A DNA stretch of 63,837 nucleotides, the filler included, from Globobulimina sp. (Eukaryota), in NCBI GenBank assembly GCA_003354225.1. It is 29 parts of 29 records of this genome, joined end to end, with 100 filler letters (N's around TTAATTAATTAA, not from the genome) between each part and the next. Parts side by side here need not be neighbours in the genome. Positions count along the whole stretch, not along the records: positions 8,825 to 10,930 come from PIVH01008935.1; positions 11,031 to 13,136 come from PIVH01008936.1; positions 13,237 to 15,342 come from PIVH01008937.1; positions 15,443 to 17,547 come from PIVH01008938.1; positions 17,648 to 19,752 come from PIVH01008939.1; positions 19,853 to 21,957 come from PIVH01008940.1; 23 more parts are not named here. One strand, given 5' to 3'. A program made the translations under genes and the position numbers. The stretch's first letter is position 1; each line of letters opens with the position of its first letter. Of the stretch, positions 9,607 through 22,057 are shown one piece after another. The notes under the pieces are model-generated. The model did no database searches, was not told where the DNA came from, and saw nothing but the letters and a program-made list of their open reading frames with translations.

Positions 9607-10930
9607 TTATACATTATGGGGTGAATCATGGTCAAATGCTTGTATTCCAGTGATTGACCTGACAATAATTAATGAATGTACATCATGTGTCCCTTCGTAT
9701 GTAATAAGTGTTTCCAAATTACAAACATGTCTCATAATATGGTATTCATCAATGATTCCATTCCCACCCAGAATATCTCTGCATGATCTGGCAACATTGA
9801 TGGCTTTACGCGTTGAGTTCCGTTTAATGATTGAAATCTGTGTTGGATTTACTAAATTGTTATCTTTTAATCTCCCAACTTGTAAACAGGATTGTAATCC
9901 AATTGCAATTTCAGATAAAATATCAGCAAACTTATACTGAATTAGTTGGTAGGAAGCCAATGGATATCCAAACATTTTCCTATTCGATGTATAATCAACA
10001 GTTTTCATCAGACAATCCTGTGCCGCACCTAATGCACCCCAAGAAACAGCATATCGCGAATTATTTAAGCACCACAATGGTCCATATAAACCTGACACAT
10101 TTAACATACATGATTCATGCACACGCACCTTATCCAACATTATCATTCCGGTTATAGACGCCCTCAAAGATAACTTATCCTCAATTTTTGGACAGGTTAT
10201 TCCTTCATGTTATCGTTTATCCAAAACAAAGCCTTTTATTTGCTTAGTCTCGGTATCTTTGCACCAAATTATGAATATATCAGCAATGGGACTGTGTGTG
10301 ATCCACATTTTGCTTCCATTTATCTCCCAAATTCCATCAACATCGCATATTTTCGTACATGTGGTGTTCATAGCAGATGGATCTGAGCCAGCCGCAGCTT
10401 CAGTTAATCCAAAGCATCCCACCAACTCTCCCTTGGCCAATGGCGCCAAATATTTCTCTTTCAGTTCGGTTGAGCCAAATTCGTTAATTGGCTCCATCAC
10501 CAACGAGGATTGCACACTGTAAAGCAGTCGAATATTAATTAAATAATGCAATTTATATCGTGTAGATATATATGTAATATTCAGAAACAGCAACATGTAC
10601 AAACAGTACGTATATAAGTTGCATTATTTACCCACCTTAAAGATGTTCCATAGGCATTGTCAATTTTGTCCACTTCATAACAGGCCAATCCGTATGAGAC
10701 AGAAGAAACGCCTTGTTTTTGTGCACATGTTTTTAATTACGGGAATGTGTACATTTTTAATTTGATATTTATGTGAAACGTGTACCTGCACAGCCATAGC
10801 CATCAATGGTGGAGCCCAAGAGACCCATCCCACCCAATTCACGAATAATATCGGGATCGTATGATTCACTTCGATATAGTTGGATAATGCGAGGCGACTA
10901 TGAAGACTCTGCATAGTTTCGAAAAGTTTC
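9607..10930 (-). pseudogene. GCDH: Glutaryl-CoA dehydrogenase, intron-containing, with two in-frame stops
   Basis: GYGCAG|VSSVSYGL, SVQSSLVM, GCFGLTE...GSDP, NGSKMWITHSP.AD, LRASITG, TYEGTHDVH. Introns 10712-10785 and 10517-10635. TAG at 10898-10900 and TAA at 10210-10212. Confidence 0.85.
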
Positions 10931-11030
10931 NNNNNNNNNNNNNNNNNNNNNNNNNNNNNNNNNNNNNNNNNNNNTTAATTAATTAANNNNNNNNNNNNNN
11001 NNNNNNNNNNNNNNNNNNNNNNNNNNNNNN

Positions 11031-11590
11031 TACCAGCACCAAACAGTTGCGTTGAATGTGTTGCGTATCTGCGTATATAATGCATTGATAATGTATCTAT
11101 TTTAGATAATGCAGTGGCGGCACCAGCGGCACATGGATATAATGCGTACATTGACCCAGCAAACCCAGATGACATTGTACTGAGTGTACCTATGAATGAT
11201 AATGAGTTTGTGATTGAAGATGAAGGCAAATCAAATGATAATTATACGTATGGCATTGGACAGAAATATGACGAAAAACATAAGTATGAGGTTAAGAAAA
11301 AAAATATTGCTGTGTCGGTTGGTGTTGATGACGATGATGATTTTGAACAAAGACCAAAAGTACAACCTGCTGCTATTGGTACGGTTGCAGCAAAAAAACA
11401 AAAAGGTATGATCTACCATGCAAATTATATGAGCAATGCTCATTGAGCATATTCTATGCAATATATACATATATAATTAGTGGTTGACAATCCATGGGAC
11501 GATGATGCGAAGCCAACGACCATAAATGACGCGTTTTTAAGTGGCAATAACGGGAATGTGCCAATTCATTGGCAACAATTTGTTGACTGA
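11031..11590 (+). CDS. 3' exons of an unknown low-complexity protein
   Basis: ORF 11114-11406; GT-AG intron 11407-11480; last exon VVDNPWDDDAK...WQQFVD*. Confidence 0.5.
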
Positions 11591-11768
11591 GTAAAAGCGT
11601 ATAAAAGGAGTATACCTGTTTCCCTCTCTTTAATTTTGTTTGCATTGTATTTAAATTCCATTTAACGCATAGTATTTCTAGAATTTTATTCTCTATTTTT
11701 TTTATGTCGATAGTTGTTAATTTACATATCCTTGCACTGTACGTATGACTCTCAAAGTTGTTAAACAG

Positions 11769-12173
11769 TTAAAGTTTCGCACCAAGATAGCGACGACCTT
11801 TTTTTCTCTGTCGTTGAATTATTTTACGTCCGTTAAAAGTTCGTATTCTCGCAAGAAATCCAACTCGACTCATTCGTTTTGTCGTTCTGCATTTTGAATG
11901 TTTTCTTGCTGACGTTCCTGGCCCTCTTTTATATAATATCCCTTCAGAGAAAATAGTATCCAATGTTGCATCCAATGTTTCATTGTCATTACATTGTTTA
12001 GCTTCATTTTGTAACATACAATCGAGTGAATCGACGTAATAGCTATTCAAATGAGATCCCCATTTATATTTAACAGTAATGCAATAATTAAAAAACGAAT
12101 AAGAATTCAGTTGGGTCAATTTAACGAATCTATATAACATTGCATTTGAGCGAAAAATAGATAACGATGCCAT
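11769..12173 (-). CDS. MRPL34: Mitochondrial ribosomal protein L34 (bL34m) with targeting-peptide-like N-terminus
   Basis: C-terminal KRMSRVGFLARIRTFNGRKIIQRQRKKGRRYL matches bL34 KR.R.HGF.AR..T..GR.vl.RR..KGR..L. Confidence 0.85.
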   Translation of the reverse strand: MASLSIFRSNAMLYRFVKLTQLNSYSFFNYCITVKYKWGSHLNSYYVDSLDCMLQNEAKQCNDNETLDATLDTIFSEGILYKRGPGTSARKHSKCRTTKRMSRVGFLARIRTFNGRKIIQRQRKKGRRYLGAKL

Positions 12174-12340
12174 AATTTCAAATTTTAGTGTTAAGTTAAA
12201 CTGAGTAATGTTTTGTTAAACTGATTAAGCAAAAAAACAACTTGCGTTGTGCAAGAACACTTTATTTAGATTTAATTGTTTAAATATTAACACAATCATA
12301 ATTAACCAGAATGAAGATCGTAGGAAATGGTAGGAAATGG

Positions 12341-12655
12341 TTACGTAGTTTCGTTTATAATGTATGCAATTTTGAGTTCATTTATTAGTTCAATGAGATT
12401 ATGCGCCGATTGAACAATTTGATTGGCAGCAGTTTGTGATATAAATTGTTGTCGTTGTGTTTGATCATACACTTCTTGGAAATTGTGTCTTTTTTTCAAT
12501 GAGACTGGAATCTCTTGAGGTTGTTCATCATCATTAGCCACTACATTTGCTTTGAATTTTCCGATGCGAGCTGCTTTTAATAATATTGAATGATTATCTC
12601 TTAATGAATGAATTTCCTTTTCTAATTTATGTAATCTGACCTCCTTCGTAGCCAT
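12341..12655 (-). CDS. MED22: Mediator subunit Med22-like
   Basis: LEKEIHSLRDNHSILLKAARI ... TAANQIVQSAHNLIELINELKIAYIINE, the two-helix Med22/Surf5 pattern. Likely ATG at 12655. Confidence 0.7.
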   Translation of the reverse strand: MATKEVRLHKLEKEIHSLRDNHSILLKAARIGKFKANVVANDDEQPQEIPVSLKKRHNFQEVYDQTQRQQFISQTAANQIVQSAHNLIELINELKIAYIINETT

Positions 12656-13280
12656 TAAACTACTGTATGATACTACTAATAATAATAAATACTGAATTAA
12701 GAGTAAAACCATGGCACTTTTACAGTCAAGATTGGATAGTGTTTTATTTATGAATTGTCGATGTGGTATAACATGACCAACCAGAAACATTGGATATTCT
12801 TACACTTTGCCATGAATTAGGTATTGAATAATCGTCAGACACATCTGTTGGTTATACAATACAGTCAACTGAAGATATTTAAACAAATATTGTAAATATG
12901 AGGTTGAAAGACTACGTCAATTAATGACAGAAAAAATGGATCGGGATGGGATGTATTACATGATATTGTTATGTGTGACTCGATCGGTAACAATATATTG
13001 TATTTATCATCTGTAAAAATCTGGAATCAGCACAAAAAGATTAAATTATTTGATTACATGCTTATAACGACAGTGTGACAGATACGGTCATTCTATCGAG
13101 ACATTTTATCAAACATATATGATTTTGTCATTTGAANNNNNNNNNNNNNNNNNNNNNNNNNNNNNNNNNNNNNNNNNNNNTTAATTAATTAANNNNNNNN
13201 NNNNNNNNNNNNNNNNNNNNNNNNNNNNNNNNNNNNTGTTTATTAATGGACATACGTTATTTATTGAGCTTATTATGGAG

Positions 13281-14217
13281 TCAAAGACCTTCAAAGACCT
13301 TTGCCAGTTCTTGTCCGGCAATGGCAAATTCCATATTAACTGTTACCATTTCAAGTAACATTTGCTCCCGTTTTGAAAGGCCGGCAGGTTCCGCCTGTAA
13401 TTCCGTGATGGTCTTTCCATCAAAGTGCTCATCGTAGAGTCCGAGGGATGTTTGCCACTCAGACATATTCCGTTTGACTGCTTGGTTGTGATTATTCACC
13501 ACCATCCATTGCAATATTCCGGGCTGCATTATATTCACCGGAACCCTCTTTGCTTTTAGGACGCCAGTGTTTGCCGCGTCAGCTGCCGCAACCACGAATT
13601 TCCCAATGACATCGCAGTTTTTGTCGAGATATATGATATCCCGCAAATCGCCACGTGCTTTGAAGGCTGCTCGCTGTGCTTTTTCCTGATGATCATTGTG
13701 CTTCATCTTATCCCTAGCGAGGTTGTCCACAGTCTTCGCGTTCTCACAGACTTGGTTGTAAAGACCAAGCAGAGTCTTGGTGACTATTCCGGTATCTTCC
13801 TATGTAAAATAGGTATTTTTCCGGTATAACTCCGTGTTTATACAAAAATGTTTTAGTATGTTACTAAACTTTATTGTCCATTTGGACTCTTCGATCCTCC
13901 GCATGTACCAAATTCCTGATTGCTGCGGTATCCCTCGTATCAATATCGGCAGGTTTCGCCCGTTTGGCGGCCTCAATCTCAGCCTTTCTTCTCTCAATGA
14001 ATGCCGTTTGATTTGGCTGATTTAATTCATTGAACAATAGTAATTGATTGCATTTGCTGCCCAATGCATTATGATAAAAATCGACGTCTTCGGCGGATAT
14101 TTCGTTTACTGGGACGCTGTGGCTATATACGCCCAGTTTGTATAATAACGATGTCTCGTTATTGATGTCCCATTGATTGTCGTTGTTGTTGTTCTCTGTC
14201 GTCGTCGTCGTTGTCAT
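13281..14217 (-). CDS. Two-exon hypothetical protein
   Basis: ORFs 13864-14217 and 13281-13799 join in frame across a GT-AG intron at 13800-13869 (MDNK|EDTGIV). Confidence 0.65.
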
Positions 14218-14341
14218 TGCGTTTGCTGCGAATTGTTTATGATGATTCGCACGATTATCTGTTTTGGAGTTTGTGTAGGAACAGAAGAGAGGAAAGGAAG
14301 TGAAGTTGTTTGATGTTAATATTAAATACTAAAACATTTTA

Positions 14342-15178
14342 TTAATATCCACGACCTGCAAAACGTTTTGATTGAGCATTAGGACAATCATACGAGGTAT
14401 GTTCATTTGCAATGCCGCATCTTTCGCAATAATGTGGATATTTACATAATAAAAATTCATCCTTGAACTTACAAACATAGTTATAATCCTTCCAAAAGAA
14501 ACAAGGTCTGTCTCCATAATGGCAATCCTTAATAAAATAAGAGCCATCATTCACATTATAAAATCTTGCTCCTTTTTGTTGTGAGTCAGAATACGATTTT
14601 GTAGGACGTCTCGTATCATTTTGATTGTTTGTCGATTTGTCATAATCTCTCCGTTGATAATATCTTTTATTCTCATTTCGCGAATCTTGATCATATCTAC
14701 GTTTTTTGTATGGAGGAGAATATGGTGTTTGATTTGGTGGAGTTTTATACGGATCGCGATCCTTATTATCTCTCAATCTCTTTCTCAATCTTTTATTATT
14801 TCTCGCCAACTTATTATTATATTTTTGAATTATTTTTGGACAATTCCTTTTGAGATGCGGTCCTCCACAATTATAACATTTTATTTTCTTATTATATCTC
14901 TCTTGTTTTTCATTCATCACATTTCCACCAACTTCTTTTCCTATTTTTTCACCAACATCTTCCATCACCACATCCTTTCCACCATCTCCAACATACAAAA
15001 TCTTGCATTCATTTGGCAAATTCTCAAATGCATATAATTTACTTTCATCTGTATTCATATGCAATCTCCATAAATGTGTAAATTCTGACGATTTCCAACT
15101 TAAAATACTTTCATCATCAAAATCCCTCCATTTGTTTACATAAAATGCAATCGATACTTTCTGCCAAAAAGCACTCGT
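14342..15178 (-). mobile_element. Gag-like nucleic-acid-binding ORF with a CCHC knuckle and a C-terminal C/H zinc cluster
   Basis: CYNCGGPHLKRNC; CFFW....VC......CKYPHYCERCG...HTSYDC; basic low-complexity linker; no introns. Confidence 0.5.
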
Positions 15179-15181
15179 TCA

Positions 15182-15342
15182 TATCAAAACTAAAACAGGG
15201 ACACCATGTTTTGCGTCCATTCACACAGTGTGACTTTTTTAAAAAAAGACTGTTTATTGCAAAATCATGTCTTCGATCCCTTTTGTTTCAGAACCTGATT
15301 GCAGTTGGTACACGTCCAGAATTGATGGTACATGCTGGATAC
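15182..15342. repeat. Dispersed repeat family, copy 2
   Basis: Aligns with 8608-8724. Both copies run into contig ends. Confidence 0.85.
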
Positions 15343-15442
15343 NNNNNNNNNNNNNNNNNNNNNNNNNNNNNNNNNNNNNNNNNNNNTTAATTAATTAANN
15401 NNNNNNNNNNNNNNNNNNNNNNNNNNNNNNNNNNNNNNNNNN

Positions 15443-17182
15443 GTGCCAACCTTAAATATTGCATTAAATTTTATAAAAACGGCGGAGTGGAAGGCAAAAT
15501 ACCTCCCAAATTATGTCGAATTGAATGAGATATATTGGGACGGCCATAGGACCGCGGTACGGAGCATAGGGTTCAGTTCCGATGATAGTATGATAGTATC
15601 AACGTGCAAGAACGAGTTAAAAATATGGAATACGCGCTCGATGAAATGCATTCGTAATTTGGAGTGTGAGTATGGTTTAAAATGTATCTTTGCGCCGGGG
15701 AATAAACACGTTATTGTTGCGACCAAGCAAGGGAACATTTTAGTTTATGATTTGATTCTAAATGAATTGGTTCAGAAAGTCATTGGTCATGAAGGTGAGG
15801 TATATTCGTTGTGTTTGACAGCGGATAAAAAAGGTATTGTGACCGGTGGAGGTGACGGATGTATAAAAACCTGGAGATTCGCTTTGAAAATGATTCAAAA
15901 TACAAAACAATTATGTGTTACATTGGTGAAATCAGTAAAAGTGCAAGATGAGGTTTTATGTGTTGTGTGTAGTGCGGATGGCAAATATTTAGCTGCCTCG
16001 TTGTTGGATAATACCATCCAAATATTTTTTTTCCAGTCGATGAAATTTTATTTGTCATTGTATGGACATAGATTGCCAGTGTTTGGCATGGATATATCGT
16101 CGGATTCGACCATCTTAGTATCCGGCTCAGCGGATAAAAATATTAAAATATGGGGCATTGACCATGGCGATTGCAAGAAATCATTATTTGCCCACACGGA
16201 CAGTGTGATACAGTGTAAGTTTGTGGTGGATACACATTATTTTTATAGTTGCTCGAAAGATGGATTGATTAAATATTGGGACGCTGATAAATTTAAAAAA
16301 ATACAGGAAATTAAAGGACACTCCGCGGAAATATGGTGCATGGATTTGAATCAAAGTGGGCAATTATTAATATCCGCCGGCGGTGATCGATCCATTCGAA
16401 TGCATTTAGAGTCAAATCAGCCATTATTTGCATTGGAAGAAGAACAGAAGGAATTGGAAGACTTATTTGTCAAAGATGTGAATAGAACGGATCAGAAACC
16501 CTCATATATGGAAGGAAGTGGATTACAAAGAGGTTTGGCGGAATCTGCTAAAGCTACAAAAAAAACCACGAATGCCATTGAAACTGGCGAAGCTTTAATG
16601 GAAGCAATACAACAATGTGACAATGAGATTGAAAGAAGGAAATATTGCCGACAAAATAAGCTCGAATATGTTATGATTGCGCAATTACGCGTTGGTGGAA
16701 TGAAATCAGTGGAAGAATATATGTCGCAGAGATTTAGAGCCATCGCTGTTTGTGACATTGAACAAGTTTTTATGATCCCGCCGTATGAATATTTACAATC
16801 ATTATTTTATTATTTGAAATATTGCATTACTTATAAACAACAAGGCATTGAGAAATTTATTCGTTGTTTATTGTTTTTGATAAAATATCACCACCAACAA
16901 TTATTATCAGCGAGCGAGTCTGAGTTCAAAATTAAATTAAAAGAATTGAAGGCAATATCGGTGGAACATTTAACAAATTATAGAAATAAAATTGGTTATA
17001 ATTTGCAAGCGATGAATTATATGCAAGATATTATTAAAAATAAAGCAAACTTTGCCCAGGAAGCTGAAAGATATAAAGAACAGGAAATTGATAATGATAA
17101 ATTATATCAAACATGGACTCAAAACAATGAGAGTGACAATGAGAGTGATGATGATGATGATGATATGCAGGATATTGACTAA
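15443..17182 (+). CDS. WDR3: WDR3/UTP12 (Dip2) SSU processome WD40 protein, C-terminal two thirds
   Basis: GHRTAVRSIGFSSDD, YLAASLLDNT, KFYLSLYGHRLPV..MDISSDS..LVSGSADKNIKIWG.DHGDCKKSLFAH, and a Utp12 C-terminal domain (IGYNLQAM). Confidence 0.95.
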   Translation: MPTLNIALNFIKTAEWKAKYLPNYVELNEIYWDGHRTAVRSIGFSSDDSMIVSTCKNELKIWNTRSMKCIRNLECEYGLKCIFAPGNKHVIVATKQGNILVYDLILNELVQKVIGHEGEVYSLCLTADKKGIVTGGGDGCIKTWRFALKMIQNTKQLCVTLVKSVKVQDEVLCVVCSADGKYLAASLLDNTIQIFFFQSMKFYLSLYGHRLPVFGMDISSDSTILVSGSADKNIKIWGIDHGDCKKSLFAHTDSVIQCKFVVDTHYFYSCSKDGLIKYWDADKFKKIQEIKGHSAEIWCMDLNQSGQLLISAGGDRSIRMHLESNQPLFALEEEQKELEDLFVKDVNRTDQKPSYMEGSGLQRGLAESAKATKKTTNAIETGEALMEAIQQCDNEIERRKYCRQNKLEYVMIAQLRVGGMKSVEEYMSQRFRAIAVCDIEQVFMIPPYEYLQSLFYYLKYCITYKQQGIEKFIRCLLFLIKYHHQQLLSASESEFKIKLKELKAISVEHLTNYRNKIGYNLQAMNYMQDIIKNKANFAQEAERYKEQEIDNDKLYQTWTQNNESDNESDDDDDDMQDID

Positions 17183-17647
17183 AGTAAATAAATTAACATG
17201 TAAATCTTGAATTATTTAATGATATCCCTTGTAATAATAATAATTAATTTGAGTTAAAAAGAGAAACCATTTGCATAAAAAAGATTTAGTATACAAACAA
17301 TCAAAACGCACAATTCACAGACAAACGTTGTATAAATCAATTTTCTTGTGACGTAAATGAAAAATTGATTCCAGCACAATACATGCAATAAAACACCATT
17401 ACATAATAAATGTTGCCAACATACGTTCAAAGGTGACAGTTGCAGGGAGACTGGTTTATGGCGTTGGTTTGAGATCTGTCGTACGACATCTGGATAAATT
17501 TGAAGTTCCGAACATTTCCAAAACTTCACAAGTGTGATATATATACTNNNNNNNNNNNNNNNNNNNNNNNNNNNNNNNNNNNNNNNNNNNNTTAATTAAT
17601 TAANNNNNNNNNNNNNNNNNNNNNNNNNNNNNNNNNNNNNNNNNNNN

Positions 17648-18179
17648 ATCGAAATACGATAAACAGCATCAATTGATATCACAGACAAAATATTCAGAGA
17701 ATGAGGCCATTAATAGAATGTTACATGCGATCGCAACCATAATTGCTATGAATGAAAAGGGTTATTTATCCACAATAAATAACGAAGACAGATCAGAATA
17801 TGAGTATCCTTTAACGTGCATTATCCATAAAACGTGGGCGCCGCCAGTAACAATCCCATATATTTATATTGGAATAAATAAAAAAATCGATATAAATAAT
17901 AATGCAGTGTTAACCTTCAATGATATGCAGGGAGAGGGCTATGTGAGTTTATATGGGCAGATAATTAATGCCAATAAGAAGCAAAAATTACTTATACATC
18001 AGATTGAATTTGTTGCCCCGCGATTTGGATTTGACGCAATCGATACGAATCCATTGATTTTGAAACGAGTTGAAAGTACCTTAAAAGCAGAAAAAGCAAA
18101 ATGGATTCGAGCCCGCTCTGGAAAGAAATGGCGAACAAATTATTCTGGATATTTAGTATTTGATGATAATGTAAAATAA
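17648..18179 (+). CDS. Hypothetical protein, C-terminal fragment
   Basis: 168-aa ORF open from near the contig start; no recognised motif. Confidence 0.45.
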
Positions 18180-18445
18180 ATCGATCCAAAATTCTAAAAT
18201 AAATCCAAAATTTTACTAGCTAGCAATGTGTGTAATGTCGTTTGTTGTATTTATTTTAATTTATGTAATTTACATCTGACAATTTTGTTTTGTGATTCAG
18301 TTATCCACGAAACAGACGTACACTGTTTTTGGTTCATATTCTCGCCAATTAAGTTAGGTCAAGTGCAAGGAGTCAATATTTCCGATGGTTAGAACTACTA
18401 CAAAAAAAACAAAGTGTTTTCGACTTAAATTCGCAAGCCATAACA

Positions 18446-19752
18446 ATGAGACTCGCATTATCAGCAATATTATTCGGATATGCATTTGGAGCGTGGTGGG
18501 ATGGGCCAAAATGTTCATGGCAAACACCATCATTGTTATTAGAAACCACACAAAGCACCGTACTCGATTTTGGTGGTTGGAAAGGTGACTCGTTGTTAGG
18601 TTGTTGGAGTGATGATTTTTCGTGCGGCTCCACCCAATTACAAGGCTCATTTACTAAAAAATGGAATGAATGGTTTACAGGGATCGAGCAACAAGAAACC
18701 TTTACATATACCACCGAAGTAAAGCGATGTATTGGTGATAGTGCCTGCGATCAATTAGCAGGCGGTGAAGATTCGTGCGAATATTCGGCATATACCTTTC
18801 AAAAATGGAGGCCGCGAAGTTGCAACGAAACTGCTGACTTTAACGCAGAGACTGAAGACCATGACGTTAAATTATATTTTCATTGTTGTAATGACCCAAA
18901 TTGGTGCAATAAAGAGGTTGATTATGGCACATGTTCTCGCTCTGATCAATTCTCGCTGTATATGTTCGATTTGAATGTGTGTTGGAATAGTTTTAAATAT
19001 GATTTTATGAAAGATTTGCTCTGCGATAACCAAACTGGAGATATCTTGACCTATTCTGAGCAATGTGCAAATAGTGACGGTTCGTGGCTTGCTGCGAGCA
19101 GAGCGGAGCCGGAATGTAGGTATCGAGTGACCTGTGCTGCTGAATTAAAGTATGCGTGTTTTTATTTTGTAAAAACGTTTTTGTAATGTATAGTGTGTAG
19201 GGAGTTATTGGTAGAATATGGCAGTTGTGCTTGCGGAGCAGCAGCGAACAATGGTTTTAGTGGCACGTTTATTGGGACTGCGATGGAGAATAATTGGAAT
19301 CGGTGGTGTCCAGGCATTGAGATTGAGTGTGCTGCGGATGGTGTGATGAAATTAATATATACGTATTGGAGGGCACGGTATAAATTTAGAGTGGCTGTGG
19401 CCAGCGCTGTTATTACCGAAGCGGTTAAAGCAAGGTTTCGAGAGATAATTGCAGAGAAATTAAATGTGGATCCGGAGCGGGTGAGTTTGAGCGAAGACAC
19501 TACTGCGACCCGAAGGAGATTAGTTGGTGAAACCACTGCATTCAATGTGGACATTTCATCGGATGATGCAATTACAAAGAATTGGTTTGTAACGCAATTA
19601 AATTTGCAGACAGGTGCTATTCAGGCTGATATTTCAAGTGCATTGAATGGGACAAATGTTACGGACGCATCTGTTGATGCATTGGTGAGTCAGGCGGAGG
19701 AAACCTCCACGGGCACATATAGTGGAGAGGTGGTGACTGATGGAGAGGAGAC
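18446..19752 (+). CDS. Secreted cysteine-rich protein, two exons, 3' truncated
   Basis: Signal peptide MRLALSAILFGYAFG; Ly6/three-finger-like CCNDPNWCN; probable intron 19150-19200; RRRL motif. Confidence 0.7.
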
Positions 19753-19852
19753 NNNNNNNNNNNNNNNNNNNNNNNNNNNNNNNNNNNNNNNNNNNNTTAA
19801 TTAATTAANNNNNNNNNNNNNNNNNNNNNNNNNNNNNNNNNNNNNNNNNNNN

Positions 19853-21698
19853 CAATCCCACTGCCATTCCAACATCAAATCCAACCCAACACACTTTTGC
19901 TCCTACACAACCTACACCAGCTCCAACAAAGGCTACCGGCATACCCACATATCCACCAACCACGGCGAGGCCTACTACCAATCCTACAAAGTTTGCTTAT
20001 TTATTTATTTATTTATCTCTCTCCCCACAAAAACGTTGTTGTTTTTGTTTTCAACACGAAAGTGTTCCCACAGACAATCCGACATCTCAACCAACAACAA
20101 ATCCGACATTCCAACCAACAACAAATCCAACCTCAGATCCAACATATGAGCCAACCTCAGATCCAACAGCGGAGCCAACCGCAGATCCCACATATGAGCC
20201 AACGTCAGATCCCACATCTGATCCAACCTTCAATCCAACCACAAATCCAACAGATAATCCATCGTCTTCTCCTACTGCCAGACCAACCGGTGGACCAACC
20301 GAGGAACCAACAGTGCATCCTACCTCTCAGCCAACCTATGTTCCAACAGATGACCCCACCGCCGATCCTACAACAGATCCGACCCATGAACCTACTTTCC
20401 ATCCCACATCGGACCCTACAACGGAGCCTACTGCAGAACCAACGTCTGATCCAACCTCCGACCCAACTAATGATCCCACCGCTGATCCCACGATTGATCC
20501 GACTGCGGATCCAACTGCAGATCCAACAAATGATCCCACTGCAGATCCAACATCGGACCCTACAAATGACCCCACTGCAGATCCTACGACTGATCCAACT
20601 GCGGATCCTACACAGTTATAGATATATGATTATATTTTACAGTTTTTTACAATATAATTATTTTTTTATAATGCTAAAAGAGATCCAACTACGGTTCCAA
20701 CACCAGATCCAACGACGTATCGTCCCACACCCAATCCAACCGTGACCGAAATGAGTACAGAAGCTCCAGACAATTTAGTAAATGCGACCAGCGGTTTATT
20801 TCTTACCACGGCGCAATTATTGCAAGCAATTTTCGTGGCACTTGTATTGATAATATTTTTATGTTGCTGCGGTTTAGTCTTTTATTGCCATCGAAAACGT
20901 AAAAAACATAAAAAAAATATGAAAATATTGGCCAGTTCGACCAGTGAGGTCGAAGGAAATGGAACGGATTTTGCAGAAACGGGGAAGAAAGGAAATGAGA
21001 CTTATATTGCTATGACGAGACTGAATTCGATGAGTTCCGTTGGAAGTGACGAGGAGGCGAATAATGATAAGGAGGAAGAAGAAGAGAAAGATGGCCAGGA
21101 AGCTGATGGTGTGACCACACCCGCCAGACAACCACGCGCAACCGATGGAGCCGGCGATGAGGCATAAGAACCTGTGGTGCCCGCATCGCCCCGACAAGCA
21201 CCTCCGTCACTCATTGCGCAACCACCACAAGCACAGCCACCACAACAATATAATGTGCAAGCAGTGAATACAATGATGGGTATGTTGCCGATGGGAATGG
21301 GCATTGGGCCGATTGGCGGTATGTTACCAATGGCGATGGGCCCAATGCAGATCCAGATGGGTCAAATGCAGAATCAAATGGCGCAGATGGCTCAAATGGG
21401 GCAGATGGGGCAGATGGGGCAAATGGGTATGGCTCCCATGGGAATGAGTTTGCAAAGTATGTCGAATCCGATGTTGCCGGGGAGTTTACCGAATACATCG
21501 AGTATGCCAAATTTATTGCCGCTTCCGGTGGGACCAAAAGCTAACAATCAACAGAGGGAAACAATGGATGGTAGCGGCGAAGCAGGCGGTGGTGGATCCG
21601 GAAAAGAAACGGATGAATATGAATATTTTTATGAAGATGAGGATGAAAATGATGCAATGTATGCAAAATCAAATAATAATGAAACTGCTGGCCAGTAA
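19853..21698 (+). CDS. Mucin-like (PTxDPT repeat) single-pass membrane protein, with an in-frame TAA at 21165-21167
   Basis: PT(A/S/N)DPT repeats; introns at about 19991-20062 and 20615-20680; TM LLQAIFVALVLIIFLCCCGLVFY; basic stop-transfer RKRKKHKK; M/G/Q-rich tail in the same frame after the stop. Confidence 0.8.
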
Positions 21699-22057
21699 TA
21701 TGTTATAATGTGCATGTTATTTATCAAAGAAATAAGTATTAAGTAAAGTAGTAAATAAGTTTGTATATATATAAATAATATAGTTAATATAAAAGACATT
21801 ATTCCAATATCGTAATTATCGAATGTATAATCATATATTTTTTTGTTTTTTAGGAATATTTCTTTTTAGACCGTTTATGTTCTTTATTTTTTTTTTATAC
21901 CGGTTCGGTTTTGGTCAAAATTAATCATTTTTACACGAGTTAGATATTTTTTTTATTNNNNNNNNNNNNNNNNNNNNNNNNNNNNNNNNNNNNNNNNNNN
22001 NTTAATTAATTAANNNNNNNNNNNNNNNNNNNNNNNNNNNNNNNNNNNNNNNNNNNN

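Noticed and set aside
19897-20745. Overlapping Gln/Ile/Leu-rich ORF and antisense VGS-repeat ORFs (also 39414-39650)
   Set aside because: These are shadow frames of the PTxDPT repeat coding sequence.
10210-21167. Stop-codon reassignment (TAA/TAG = Gln) suggested by in-frame stops
   Set aside because: Long conserved genes (ODC, WDR3, SIRT5, eEF1A-like, DUSP) have no internal TAR, many genes end in TAA, and the GCDH TAG aligns to Leu. Pseudogenisation or error is more parsimonious.
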